This document shows positions 1 to 13,059 of a DNA stretch of 64,000 nt, in pieces. Origin of the DNA: Octopus vulgaris (lineage: Eukaryota). The DNA is taken from assembly GCA_951406725.2 (NCBI GenBank), contig OX597829.1, forward strand, positions 47,182,001 through 47,246,000, in the 5' to 3' direction. Each line of letters begins with the position of its first letter. The stretch's first letter is position 1. Below the pieces are notes generated by a model. That model made no database searches. It worked only from the letters and a program-made list of their open reading frames with translations, and was not told where the DNA came from. A program made the translations under genes and the position numbers.

Positions 1-158
1 TTGTTGGTATAAACAACAATTTTGCATGGATCGCCATCCAAGCGTGAAGCATTATCAACACATTATACAAATCTGTATGTTATTTATACAAACATACTCA
101 CACAGATATATACATAAAAACGCACATACATGTATGCATGCATATACGTAACCACATG

Positions 159-236
<78 letters not shown>

Positions 237-361
237 AACATGTATATGTATATATGTATATATATGTATATATATATATATACAATCTAAGTAATGAAAT
301 GTGCTCATACCTTCGTATAGTTCATATACATCCATCCACCCATCTATCCATCCATCCATGC

Positions 362-420
<59 letters not shown>

Positions 421-655
421 TATGCATGTACATTTACGTGCATGAGTGATGTGTGAATGACCAAATAAACAATTATATCTAACAAGGTGTATGATTTCTG
501 ATAGGCAAAGCTTGGTTATGACAATATCTGTAAAACAAAAGAAATGAGAGTTGAACAAGTTGCATGCATATCTATCATATTTTAAATGTGTGTTATTTAT
601 GAGTATATATATATAATTATATCTATATGATTACATATATACACATATATACGTG

Positions 656-714
<59 letters not shown>

Positions 715-811
715 ATATATACATATATGTATATATAAGTATATAAATACATATGTATATATATAATACATATATATTCCTCTATCTTTACTGAGTGCCA
801 CATGTCTATTC

Positions 812-879
<68 letters not shown>

Positions 880-950
880 TCATATTTATATATATATATA
901 TTTATATATTCATATATATAGATATATGTATATATATATATAATTTCATA

Positions 951-1016
<66 letters not shown>

Positions 1017-1491
1017 CATACATACATGTGTACACAAAGATAAATGTACAAATATTTTAATAAACATACATATATATATATATATGCATAGGGCAGATCA
1101 TGTACATAATATAGATGTTTTTCAGCAACTTTCAATGCATTTCTTGGCTTATTTAAGCTTAGTGCTTCTAGGTTTGCATATTGGAAAATGTTGCCAATTG
1201 TATGAATTAAAAATTAATCGCTAAATATAGATAAAAGTAAAGCAAGAGATGTTATATATTAGATTTGAACGGAAATAGTATCATTTTTTTTTTACCTCTT
1301 TACGCTAATATGGATATAATCGGTGTTATATTTAAAGCTCCTTTGGTATAGGCTACGTTAAAGTTCACTTTAAAATGACCGGTTTATTAAATACTGGGAC
1401 TTATTTTATGGACATGAAACATTGATCCAGAAATAAATAAATATATATATATATTATGTATGTATGCATATATATATACATATATAAGTAT

Positions 1492-1617
1492 ATGAAAGAA
1501 TGGAGTTGAACGACTAGTTAACAAATATCCTTTATTCTCGACATATGTTTCGAAGGCTGCATATTCCTAATTCCAAAGGAATAAGGAGTACATTATGCAG
1601 ATTTCTCATCAGGAAAA
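1492..1617 (-). mobile_element. Penelope-like element 3' terminus, family A
   Basis: Homologous to 31252-31376; HHR followed by AATAAA and an end in CTTTCAT next to (TA)n. Confidence 0.7.
1535..1617 (-). ncRNA. Type I hammerhead ribozyme with extended stem II
   Basis: Minus strand: TTTTC-CTGATGA-[GAA..CTGCATA..TATGCAG..TTC]-GAAA-CATATG-TC^GAGAA; stem I TTTTC/GAGAA; palindromic stem III ACATATGT. Confidence 0.8.
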
Positions 1618-1760
1618 TCAAGGAACTTATGTCGACATCAAAATTCAACTACTCAAATATATATATACATTCATACATATACATATATACACATATGTAT
1701 ATGTATATAAGTAGATATATGTATACTATAAATGCATACTCGTATATATATATATATATG

Positions 1761-1816
<56 letters not shown>

Positions 1817-1980
1817 TAATTACATATGTAATTGCATGAACAAGTGTGTTTGTATGGGTTTGTATAATATGATTTTATATATATATGGTTATACTGATAT
1901 ACACGTACGTAGGCATGTACGTGTGTTCGTGCATGTGATTATACACACACACTCAAACACACACACACATACATATATAC

Positions 1981-2109
<129 letters not shown>

Positions 2110-2208
2110 TATATAAATATGTACCGAAATATATTTAAGCAAACATCTCGTAACTTTCTACTCATATAAGCATATGTGTATGGTGTTTCTTTTTTTTATA
2201 TATATTCA

Positions 2209-2249
<41 letters not shown>

Positions 2250-2810
2250 TACAAATATTTGTACAAATTAAGAGCATTTGTAAAATTGTGCTATTTGTGT
2301 ATAAGCATTATTACTATACGATACCCAAGCAAGTTGCTCATTTTTGAAAACCTAAAACATTATATATATATATATATATACAAATATATAATTAACAAAA
2401 CACAATAATGACTTTTTACCGGAATAAATAAAACTGACCAAAGTAATATTTTTCAATTAATTGCCAATGTTGAAAAATCTATGTCGGTGTTTTTCTTACA
2501 ATAAACCCGCCTTTTAATAGAAAAAAAAAATAATAATAATAATGTTCTCTTCATTTTTTCTCGGTTCTTTAATTCATTTTCATTTGTTGTTTTTTTTTTT
2601 TGTCGGGTAATTAATTCATTTGAACCGATGCATTCATGTGATATAAAACCCCACCATTGTTTCTTCTTCTATTAATTTTATTTATACTGGGAAGCCTGGA
2701 CTTTTTGGTAACTTGTCTTAAATGTAACGGTGGAGGAGTCTTAAATTGTAGTATAAAAACAAAAACATCCATTTCATTTATTTTTTATCATATATAACGT
2801 TAAATGTATA

Positions 2811-2914
<104 letters not shown>

Positions 2915-3010
2915 AAATATATACTCATATATATGCATATATATGTATATACACATACGTACATACATATATACATATATATACATATATATATATACAT
3001 ATATATATGT

Positions 3011-3082
<72 letters not shown>

Positions 3083-3364
3083 AATAACGTTTAAATTACG
3101 ACCAAACATGTTTCGCCATTGATATATTCATAAATGATCTTAATTATTTATAATGTATCCTCCGTAATGTTTTATTACATTACTTTCTAATCATGTGTGT
3201 GTGTATATATATATATATACTAGAACAAGTAGAATGATGTATGTAAATACTAACAGTACTACCTCTAAGGCTAAAATCCTTTTAAATCTTTCTACTTGGT
3301 CTACAATACATTTCAACGTTTCAAAAACAAACTTATATATACTTATATATATATATATATATGT

Positions 3365-3452
<88 letters not shown>

Positions 3453-3563
3453 TTGAGACTTCCAACGTAAAACTTGCTTTTTTTTTTCTATTTTAATTTT
3501 TTTTTTAGCTTTTTTTTATTTTCATCAGTAAATAATATCTCGATGTCATCATTTCTTTACTGT

Positions 3564-3671
3564 TTACTCTGTCACATTGCCCGAAAACTGGATCTTTGGA
3601 CTTAATGGATTTACATGTGTAATAATATTCTTGGCAGTATCATCTGTTAATTTGCCTTCTTTGGCTATTTT
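3564..3671 (-). CDS. Candidate terminal coding exon of an unidentified host gene (KIAKEGKLTDDTAKNIITHVNPLSPKIQFSGNVTE*)
   Basis: Acceptor ttttatttacAG, 36-codon phase-0 frame ending TAA in non-repetitive sequence; no homology recognised. Confidence 0.35.
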   Translation of the reverse strand, partial: KIAKEGKLTDDTAKNIITHVNPLSPKIQFSGNVTE

Positions 3672-3841
3672 CTGTAAATAAAATATGACTAGAGAATTTC
3701 TAGATCATTGAGTTACATAAAAGCTTGTTTATTTTTTGTGTGTGAAATCCTGATTATGTAATTGTCATACATTATTGTTATCTTAATAAATAAACGCGTG
3801 CGAGCACATCTGTATAAGAATACATACTCATATATATATGC

Positions 3842-3889
<48 letters not shown>

Positions 3890-4690
3890 CGTGAAGGTTT
3901 ACAAAAATAAACAAAAGACGAAGGCAGGTGGAGTACAAACAAACAATTGTATTAGTATAGCGCTCAGGAATAGAAATAAAACAAGTCTTTTTACGTTTCG
4001 AGCCTACGCTCTTCGACAGAAAGATACACAGAAAAGAAACAAGGAGGGAAAAAATGCGTGTAGGAGCTAACGGTCCAACATGGCGTTCTGATTTCAGGCA
4101 GAAGTCAGAGATCAGAGGTCAGACGTCAGAGGTCAGACGTTAGATGCTAGAGGGATAGTAGGGGAGATAACAGGGTCAAGTGACTTCGCCCCAACATGAA
4201 GGTGCGTGTGTGTATAAGAGAGTATGTATGTGCGTGTGAAAGAGGGCTGGTGGTCTGGACGTGTGTATGTATGTATGATGTGATGTGTAATGTCGTATGG
4301 TGTAGTGTAGTGTGGTGTGATGTTGTGGGGAGGTGGGGCGAGAGTGGGGAAAACCCATGTGGGGTGTGGGTTCGGTTGGGGGTTCGGGTAGAGTGGGGGG
4401 TTGTGGGGAGAGTGAGAGGGTGAGAGAAGAAAGAGGAGGGGAGGAGGGGGAGGGAGAGGAGAAGGAAGGAGAGGAGGAGAAGGAGGGGGAGGAAAAGGAG
4501 GGGGAGGGGAGGAGATAAGGGGAGTGAGGGAGCAGAGAGAAAGAAGAAAGAAGAAGAGGGAAGAAGGGAAGAGGAGGGAAAGAGAGTAGGGGTGAAAAGA
4601 TGAAGGACTGAAGAGAAGTAGGAGTCGGCGGGTTAGATGAAAAGGGGGGGAGAGTTGAGACCAAATGGCGTAAAAGAGCGAAGAGAGTTA
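3890..4690 (-). mobile_element. Penelope-like 3' end, family B (low-complexity pyrimidine/CA-rich region plus terminal repeat with HHR-like motif at 3986-4025)
   Basis: Terminal segment homologous to 15722-15915 and 21347-21540; CTGTCGA-A-GAGC-GTAG-GCTC-GAAACGTA. Confidence 0.6.
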
Positions 4691-4897
4691 ATATATAGTT
4701 AATCCAAACATGAAAACACAACAACGCGAGGGCGTGGAACAAATATAGTATTATTGGACGCTCAGGAAAGAAGGAAAGAAGGAGGGTTTAACGTTTCGAG
4801 CAGAGCTCTTCGTCAGAAACATAGGAAAAGGAAAGATCCAAAGAAGGGAAGACGGAGGAAAAAAATCGCCAACGGTACACACGCGGTCACATTTTGA
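4690..4897 (-). mobile_element. Penelope-like terminus related to family B, with minimal HHR at 4785-4821
   Basis: CTGACGA-A-GAGC-TCT-GCTC-GAAACGTTA; shares the downstream CCTGAGCG..AATAC motif with family B. Confidence 0.65.
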
Positions 4898-5039
4898 ATA
4901 TAAATATATATGATTAAGAATTCTTTTCAATGAGTCTTCTGACACAAGTAAAATGACGGTTCATTGAAGTTGTAAGCAGTGACATAAACGTCTTTTACTG
5001 CGCGTACGTACACATACATATACACGTTTGCATCATATA

Positions 5040-5468
5040 TGTGTGGTAAGTAGCTTGCTTACCAACCACATGGTTCCATGCTCAGTCCTACTGCGTGGCA
5101 CCTTCAGCAAGTGTCTTCTATTATAGCCTCAGGCCGACCAAAGCCTTGTGAGTGGATTTGGTAGAAGGAAACTGAAAGAAGCCTGTCGTATATATGTATG
5201 TATATATATATATGTGTGTGTGTGTATGTGTGTGTGTGTACGTGTGTGTGTACGTGTGTGTATATGTTTGTGTGTTTGTGTTTGTCCCCAACATTGCTTG
5301 ACAATCGATGCTGGTGTGTTTACGTCCCCGTAACTTAGCGGTTCGGCAAAAGAGACCGCTAGAATAAGTACTAGGCTTACAAAGAATAAGTCCCGTGGTC
5401 GATTTGTTCGACTAAAGGCGATGCTCCTGCATGGCCGCAGTCAAATGACAAGTAAAAGAGTAAACGAA
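5040..5468 (+). mobile_element. tRNA-derived SINE type B (internal TA/TG microsatellite), slightly 5'-truncated
   Basis: Matches copies at 14399, 16729, 48736 and 58860; A/B-box-like head; AGTAAAAG tail. Confidence 0.9.
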
Positions 5469-5554
5469 TATATATATATGTGTGTGTCTGTGTATGTGTG
5501 TGTGTATGTGTGTGTGTGTATGTGTGTGTGTGTGTGCGTGTGTGTATGTATATC

Positions 5555-5818
5555 AGGTGATCTCGTGACCGAATAGATGATCAGATATCGTTTTACATCG
5601 CTGGTCACAATGCACTTTTGCAATGTTTTATCTTTCGTGTAGGCGAGCGGGCCAACATCCCATCCCACCCCACTCCGCCTTTTCTGAGTGAAGGACTGGA
5701 GTAACTTAAGATGAAGTATTTTGCCCAAGAACACAACGCACTACCCGGTCTAATATTCGAAACCACGACCGCTAAATCGTGAGTGCAACAGCCTTACCAC
5801 TAGGCAACGGGCCTTCAC
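5555..5818 (-). mobile_element. Diverged tRNA-derived SINE type C (CORE/V-like TTGTGTTCTTGGGCAA domain)
   Basis: tRNA-like head and central domain shared with 45766, 52420 and 32722. Confidence 0.7.
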
Positions 5819-5908
5819 ATAGACGCACACGCACACATACACATAAACCATATAAATACATACATGCACACATACACACACACACACACTCACACACATA
5901 TATATATA

Positions 5909-6139
5909 TATTTCTTTACTACCCACAAGGGGCTAAACACAGAGGAGACAAACAAGGACAGACAAACAGATTAAATCGATTACATCGACCCCAGTGCGTA
6001 ACTGGTACTTAATTTATCGACCCCGAAAGGATGAAAGGCAAAGTCGACCTCGGCGGAATTTGAACGCAGAACGTAACGGCAGACGAAATACGGCTACGCA
6101 TTTCGCCCGGCGTGCTAACGCTTCTGCCAGCTCGCCGTC
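5909..6139 (-). mobile_element. tRNA-derived SINE type A (GCCTTTCATCCTTTCGGGGTCGATAAA domain, MetaSINE-like)
   Basis: Near-identical to 54425-54661 and other copies. Confidence 0.92.
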
Positions 6140-6564
6140 TCACACACATATATATATATATATATATATGATGCAAACGTGTATATGTATGTGTACGTAC
6201 GCGCAGTAAAAGACGTTTATGTCACTGCTTACAACTTCAATAAACCGCCATTTTACGTGTGTCAAAAAGACTCATTGAAAAGAATTCTTAATCATAATTT
6301 CTTCGTTTATTTTATTCGTGTTTTTTTTTCTGAAATTGCTAAAATAAAATTTTAAATATTTGCAATTATTTTCAAACGATGCAAAATCAGCGAATTACAA
6401 CAGGCAACAGCAGCACCTAATTAATTAATTAGGTTACTGTTTCAAGTAATTTTATTCTTCGTTTCTCTTCATTTGACGATAAATTTATTCTACTATTATT
6501 GAGCTGAGAATGCAGTTTTCGATTTCCAAATTTTACTAATTGTATATTCTTGTTGTTATTATCA

Positions 6565-6632
<68 letters not shown>

Positions 6633-6647
6633 GCTACTATTATTATT

Positions 6648-7180
6648 GAGTGAGAGAGCAGTTCATGCCATCAAAGTGACACTGGGGTAAAATATACGAA
6701 GCCCACTATACCCTTCGTTACTACCTTTCTGATAAGGGTACACCAGGTACATGCATCACAACCATATATGCGCGACATGTTGATCTCATATCAAGATAAA
6801 CAGCACATGACCTTGCAGGTGGGGCCCAGTTAGAATTTTTTCTTATGGTCCCTGAATAAGGATTGTTTAAGGATGTTGAACGAATCACCCATGTTTCCGA
6901 GGAATAATTATCCAAATCCCAAAGAATTCCTCTCAAAACCTGGCTATGATGCATCCCCACTACATCTGCTCGTGATCAGAGATGCACATATCGTCAGCCA
7001 CTAAGGGACATGCTCAACTGGTTAAGGTCAAACAACTGACAAGCAAATCTGTGGTATTGAGCAGAATATTTGCTGTAGCCAATCTTTTATACTAAGACAA
7101 AAGAATATATATGATAACACTTCCAAACAGTTAAGATCAGAAGCCATGATCGCCACTGCCTGGTACTGCATCAGGGCATT
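6648..7180. mobile_element. ~540-bp non-coding dispersed element flanked by (ATT)n, copy 1
   Basis: Homologous along its length to 8618-9165 and 37207-37762. Confidence 0.88.
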
Positions 7181-7204
7181 ATTATTATTATTATTATTAC
7201 TATT

Positions 7205-7765
7205 ATTTATTGTCTTTGCACAGTTTCTGATGCTGGAGATGTACTACGGTGCCAACAATTCACTACTAGTGAACTAAGGTAACACCTCTTATTTTCCGAG
7301 CACCTTCCGGAGTATTTGAGCGGTTCGAAGCAGTGCTGTTTTCTGAAAGTGCTCCACTCTTATTGCAGCCACTGTTTGTTCCAAGGACGCACTAAATAGG
7401 ATTTTTGCATTATCCCATAAGATTTCCACAATGCGTTCGGGTTTGTGGACGTACCAATATTTTCTTCTGTCAAGTTCATACTTGTTGTAAAGTGTCCAAT
7501 GGACAAGCCTGGCTATATTGTCGTGGCCTCTCTTATACTCCTTCTGAACTAGTGGCGTACATTGGCTGGAAATATACCATACGGTTTCACCATTTTGTCC
7601 ACAGATTCAGCACTTATCACTTTCTGAATTGTTGTCTACTCTGTAGCTTATGTAGTTTGTTCTTAGTGCTTGCTCTTGGGCAGCACAGATTAGAGCTTCC
7701 GATTCCGGTTTTAAATCACTTTTAGTCATCTACAGCCATCTTTTTTCTCTGTCTGTCTTATCTTC
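7205..7765 (-). mobile_element. R4/Dong-like LINE 3' fragment (RLE-proximal region, internally deleted) with 3'UTR and (TAA)n tail
   Basis: Translates LKPESEALICAAQEQALRTNY, C..CGQNGETV, HDNIARLVHW, QKTALLRTAQILRKVL*. Confidence 0.85.
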
Positions 7766-7769
7766 AACA

Positions 7770-7925
7770 TCCCTAGTGGGCTTACTACCTGCAGCCTACG
7801 GTACCATGGTATTAGTTCTTTTCAGATATCTAATACTTTCCTCATTATTCTGGCCGTGCCAAGGAGACAAACATTTTGTAATAGTTCTACTCTATTCCGA
7901 TTTCATTTATATTTTTCTTGATTGT
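7770..7925 (-). mobile_element. R4/Dong-like LINE extreme 3' end
   Basis: CLLGTARIMRKVLDI* followed by a short UTR. Confidence 0.7.
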
Positions 7926-8059
7926 TGTTGTTGTTGTTAAAGACTCTCGGATTATTTCTTAATTACCAGTTATTCTTTACTTGAAGGCAGGCAATATTAA
8001 ATCACCAAAGGTTTCTAGTGCCTTCTCCTGTGATTCAAAGAGACAATACTCTCCTTAGA

Positions 8060-8612
8060 ATTTGAGCTGTACCTAACAATGCCGAAGCCAATGATGGGTG
8101 TGCTTCTGGTCCACATCAGCTTATTTGCTATGGGTAACATATTTGTAATGCAGAGGATTTTGTTCCCATCTATAAGCCAATTGTTCAAACGCATTTTGCT
8201 TTGATTTTGCTATTAATTTCATCTTTGCAAGAGCAGTTGCTACACTTCCATCATGCTGTTCAACCAGTGTATTATGCACGAACTCACTAGCAAATTTATT
8301 TGCTCTCGTCTATAACAGAATGAAGCTTCTTACGTCTCTCGTGGTTTTCATCGAGCTTTAGCATCCAGTCGTTAGATGTTTCAAGATATTTTGCCAGTCC
8401 AAATGTGATGGTTTTGTAAGAGATTTCAAACTGGATCAAGACACGACCTCCTTGAGTTCTGAGTAGGTAAAGATGTTATACGTCTACTTTTGGGTGGCTC
8501 AGTTTATTATAATTCAACAACTTACGGATTTCCCAGTCAATTTTCTTTATTTCGCTGGTATTCCAGTTCAACACATTGAAACTGTAAATAACAGCTGGAA
8601 CTGCTAAGGAAT
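8060..8612 (-). mobile_element. R4/Dong-like LINE fragment (RT thumb to linker)
   Basis: INSLAVPAVIYSFNVLNWNTSEIKKID, HPKVDV.HLYL, PLHYKY..ADVDQKHTH; the last motif matches the element at 61460-62254. Confidence 0.85.
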
Positions 8613-8617
8613 TTATT

Positions 8618-9165
8618 GAGTGAGAGGGCAGCGCATGCCATCAAAGTGACACTGGGGTTAAATATAAGAAGCCCAGTATATCCATCATGACTACCCGTCT
8701 GGTAAGGGTACACTAGGCACATGCATCACAACCATGTGCGCGCGACATGGTGATCAAATATCAAGATAAGCAGCGCCTTACCTTGCAGGTGGGGCCGAGT
8801 TAGAATTTTCTTCTCGCCGGGTAGCCCATCCTGCTAAAAAGGTCCCTGAATAAGTGTTGTTTAAGGATGTTGAACGAAACACCCCTGTTTCCAGAGGTGA
8901 ATTATTCAAACTCCATAGAATCCCTCTCAACACATAGCTATGATGCTCCCCTACTACTTCTGCTCATGATCAGAGATGCACATATCGCCAGCCACTAAGG
9001 GACATGGTCAACTGGTTACGGTCAAACAACTGACAAGCAAATCTGTGGTATTGAGCAGAATATTTGCTGTAGCCCATCTTTTATACCAAACCAAGACAAA
9101 ACAATGTACATGATAACACTTCCAATCAGTTAAGATCAGAAGCCACGAGAGCCACTGCCTGGTAC
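8618..9165. mobile_element. ~540-bp (ATT)n-associated element, copy 2
   Basis: Homology to 6648-7180; followed by long (ATT)n. Confidence 0.88.
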
Positions 9166-9261
<96 letters not shown>

Positions 9262-9464
9262 CATCATTATTATTACTATGGCCGCTATACTATGAATACG
9301 TACAAATTTGGAACTCCGTGATTTGTAAGTGTTTAATCAAGCGTTTCGGCTGGTTGCAGCCCGTTCAATTAAATAATTTTTAATAATTGTTTTACTTGCA
9401 TTGACTGGATCGTGGTGGTGTCTCAGTAAAATAGTTGTTTTGCATTTTTTGCGAAGACAAGAAT

Positions 9465-9765
9465 TTCGGGGTCGATAAATTAAGTACCAGTTACGCACTG
9501 AGGTCGACATAATCGACTTAATCCGTTTGTCTGTCCTTGTTTGTCCCGTCTATGTTTAGCGCCTTGTAGGTAATAAAGAAACAGGTATTTCGTCTGTCGC
9601 AACGTTCTGAGTTCAAATTCCGCCAAGGTCGACTTTGCCTTTTATCCTTTCGGGGTCGATTAAATAAGTACCAGTTACACACTGGGGTCGACGTAATCTA
9701 CTTAATCCCTTTGTATCTCCTTGTTTGTCCCCGCTATCTTTAACCCCCTGTGGTCAATAAAGAAA
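9465..9765 (+). mobile_element. SINE type A, 5'-truncated tandem dimer
   Basis: Body repeated after the junction AAAGAAACAGGTATTTCGTCT. Confidence 0.85.
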
Positions 9766-10059
9766 AATATGATATGATTATTATTATTAATATTATTATT
9801 ATCATCATCATCATCATCGTTATTATTGTTGTTGTTCTTGTTGTTCTTATCATTCGTACTTTATGCTCATGTTATTTCTCACTCGTAAGTCTAATCTTTT
9901 AATCTGGGCCTCCAAAAGTTGTCGTTTATTTTGTTACAAAACGTTTGTCAAAACCGCCACCGTTACATAGGTTTCGTTGGTCTGCCTATATTTACCCCTT
10001 TGGGGAACTCAAATCCGAAAGGGAAACATATTCATTCTGCTTTGACATAGAAATTATCT

Positions 10060-10680
10060 TAAAAATAAACATGGCGACAAACGTGTCCTCCTGAGCGACT
10101 AGAAGGAGGAACTAAGAAGCAGCTGTGATAGTGAGTTACAAGACACGGTAGGACGTTCCGCCTTCAAACTACAAATGGAAGAGGAGGCGAGCATCCATCC
10201 ACCAAGTTCAAAGTACAGTGAATCATACTGTCACTATGACAACTGACAGGGGCAGCAGCAACAGCAGCAGCAATAGCAGCAACAACGGTATTACAGCTCG
10301 GGAATTTTATTCCAATTATGAAACCGATTTCCCCGCAAAAAAAAAAAAAATGAGAGAATACCAAAGACATCGATCAACAGCAGCAACAATAATTCTACGA
10401 GCACGTCCAGAACCTACTTCTCCATCACTACAACAACAACAACAACAACAACAAAAAGTGTAATAGAGTAAGAAGAAAACAACAGTAAACCGCAACAATA
10501 TTTCCAGAGCGAATAACAACAACAATACATTCGCAGCAGCTGCTGCGAAAGGCACAAAGCTATATAGGATGGATATACTGCAGAAGGATATATGTCCGGT
10601 CCAAGTGACCAAACTTGACTGGAAAAAATGCGGGTGAACATCGCCATCCGCCATGAGATATTAGCAGAAACACAGAAACA
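10060..10680 (+). mobile_element. Possible L1/Tx1-like 5' region and ORF1 N-terminus
   Basis: YY1-like AAACATGGCG, TFAAAAAKG motif, upstream of the APE-RT remnant at 11718 on the same strand. Confidence 0.35.
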
Positions 10681-10707
10681 AAAATAGTTATTTATAAATG
10701 TGTTTCT

Positions 10708-10875
10708 TATTTCTTTATTGCCCACAAGGGGGCTAAACGTAGAGGGGACAAACAAGGACAGACAAAGGTATTAAGTCGATTACATCGACCCCCAGTGCGT
10801 AACTGGTACTTAATTTATCGACCTCGAAAATATGAAAGGCAAAGTCGGCCTCGGCGGAATTTGAACTCTGAACGT
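10708..10875 (-). mobile_element. SINE type A, truncated
   Basis: Homology to other type A copies. Confidence 0.88.
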
Positions 10876-10939
10876 TTTTTTATCTATTTTTTTAATCCTT
10901 TCCTTCAAACACTCATCCGCCGAAATCGATAGCATTGAC

Positions 10940-11340
10940 CATTATTATTTTATTGTTGCTTTATTGTACACTAACTGTTTCAAGTCTTGCCCAGAGCCCT
11001 CAACTAACACCAAATGAGGTGTTCTACCATGGAGGCTCTCTATGGTTAACAATGATAGATTGCAGGGAAAGGAAACCAGAGTCTCAGAACTAGCATTCTG
11101 CTAAATCTATATTTCTTTTTTGAAAGATTCCTTAGGATGTGGACAGCACTCATGAGACAATGTTTGAAGTTCTGATACTTTGGTGTTTCCTGGTATTCGA
11201 CCATAGTGTTTAAGAACGCCTGTTAGAATTGTCCCCTAAATATCGTATTGCTCTCCAAATACCCCAAATATAAGGTTCTTGTTCTTAGATACCAAATTTT
11301 CGAGAGCTGTATTTCAAAATCGTTGTATTTACTTAACTTT
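10940..11340 (-). mobile_element. Degraded R4/Dong-like LINE 3' end
   Basis: LSKYNDFEIQLSKIWYL, RIPGNTKVSELQ; A/TAA-rich tail. Confidence 0.65.
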
Positions 11341-11717
11341 TAAATAATAAAACATTTAAATAATAAAACATTTAAATGTTTTATTATTATATACACGAAC
11401 AAAGAGAGAACATCATTTACTATATTGCCATAAATTCGACCAATAAAGAACTAATTGACCACATCCACGAAAATACTAACCTCAGCAGCAATAGCTACTT
11501 AACACCAAATAATAATATACCATCACGAATAAAAAATAATCCAAACATCCCAATATGTAACACCCTAAAAAGCAAACCCAAAATGCGTAGGAGGTTTGCG
11601 AGCAATATCAATAAAAGGCTATAAAAAGAACTGTCAACTGCAACCAACGGGAGAGACGAAACCCTTGTGCCTCCACAGGAATAAAGTAAGTGATCATTTC
11701 TCACTCTCTTATGAATC

Positions 11718-13045
11718 ATGCCAGTGTTCAGAGCGGGGAGTATAAACGTACGTGGCCTGGTATCAGCTTGGAATTAGGGACATCTGATGAGTGACATCAG
11801 ATCACTAGATATTGATGTGATGGCCGTCAGTGAGACCAGAGTTTCCGATCTACAAGACATCATTCCCCTTCTTGGTAGGTGCGATATGTACTTGTCTCCA
11901 AGCGAACTGGGATTGAGAAGTGAAACTGTTGTACTAATTCGGAAAAGCCTAAGTCTCACGATAAGAATCCTCTTCCTGCAATCAGAAGATAAGTTGGTGG
12001 CTCTTAATGCGAAAAATAGCGAAGTGGGTGCTTTCAAACTAGTAATTGTCTACGCTCCGACAGAGTCAGGACAGCAGGATTTGTTATAAGGGTCTGGACG
12101 ATTTTCCTGGGAGCATCACGATCTTTAGCGCTAATGGACGACTGGAACGCCATTTTGGATGTACGTTTGAATTGTATGGGTTTAACTGATACCTACTCGG
12201 ACGTTTCTAACAGTCTAACAAGGACCGAATGTGCCAGTGTGGACATGGACAAACAGCATCAGGTCATTTAGGTTGTATCTGGATTGAAAATTCTGTAGAC
12301 CAGTAGATAAGGATAGCATAGGTTGTTCACTTTTTAAAATCGTCAGCTACATAGGCCACACATTTGTCATCTGTCGACCTAGATATGCTCCGTAAGCAGG
12401 GACCCGGTTACTGGAAGCTGAACATGTCTCTTCCAGCATGCCAAAATTACACAGACCGGATTAACAAATTAGTTAAGCGCGCGTTGATGGGGTCAATCTT
12501 CAACATCAAATAGTAGTTTACCCTCAAAGGGGTGATTAAAGTAGAATCCGTTAGGTCAGGTAAAGTCGTAGAGATAGAGAAAAATAGAACATAGGGAGAC
12601 TTTGTTAGACACCTGGAAGAGTCTCTTAGGAAAGGCATCGAAATGGATGTACTCGAAGACTGCATTGCAATAGCGAGGGCATGTACTCTAAGACGTGTAG
12701 GAACAAAAGCCGGTCGTTGGGCCCAAGTAGCATAACAATAAGGCCACATTTCGGTCTTTAGTGGACCTTGTTTCTCGATCTCAAGAAGATATGTAAGGCT
12801 TTACAATAGCACTTCGCTCGATTGGTCGGACTGAATAGCGGGTCGGATTTCAGTGCCTCCCTTAACGGTTTACCACGACTCTCAGCAAGGGAGGCCAAGT
12901 GTTGCGAAAAGTCGATAACAACCGCGGAAATACGGGAAAAGATGGATGGCTACACGATAGCAAATCGTCTGGTTAGGATGGTCTCTATGAGCTCTATTTT
13001 TATATGCCAAACTTATTTGAAGACCTCTTTGCAGATATCTACAAG
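11718..13045 (+). pseudogene. Degraded L1/Tx1-like ORF2 (apurinic-type endonuclease to start of RT)
   Basis: GSINVRGL, DVMAVSETR, VYAP, DWNAILD, GPGYWKLN; multiple stops and frameshifts. Confidence 0.85.
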
Positions 13046-13059
13046 TCCTCTCTTTTACG

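Larger units (their letters stand above)
4909..6296. repeat. Inverted duplication, arms 4909-5040 and 6164-6296, enclosing three SINEs
   Basis: About 130-bp arms are reverse complements with only a few differences. Confidence 0.9.

Noticed and set aside
8820-9165. HDV-like ribozyme in the 540-bp element
   Set aside because: A CCCTGA/TCAGGG pairing exists in the family, but P3/L3/P1.1 could not be assigned.
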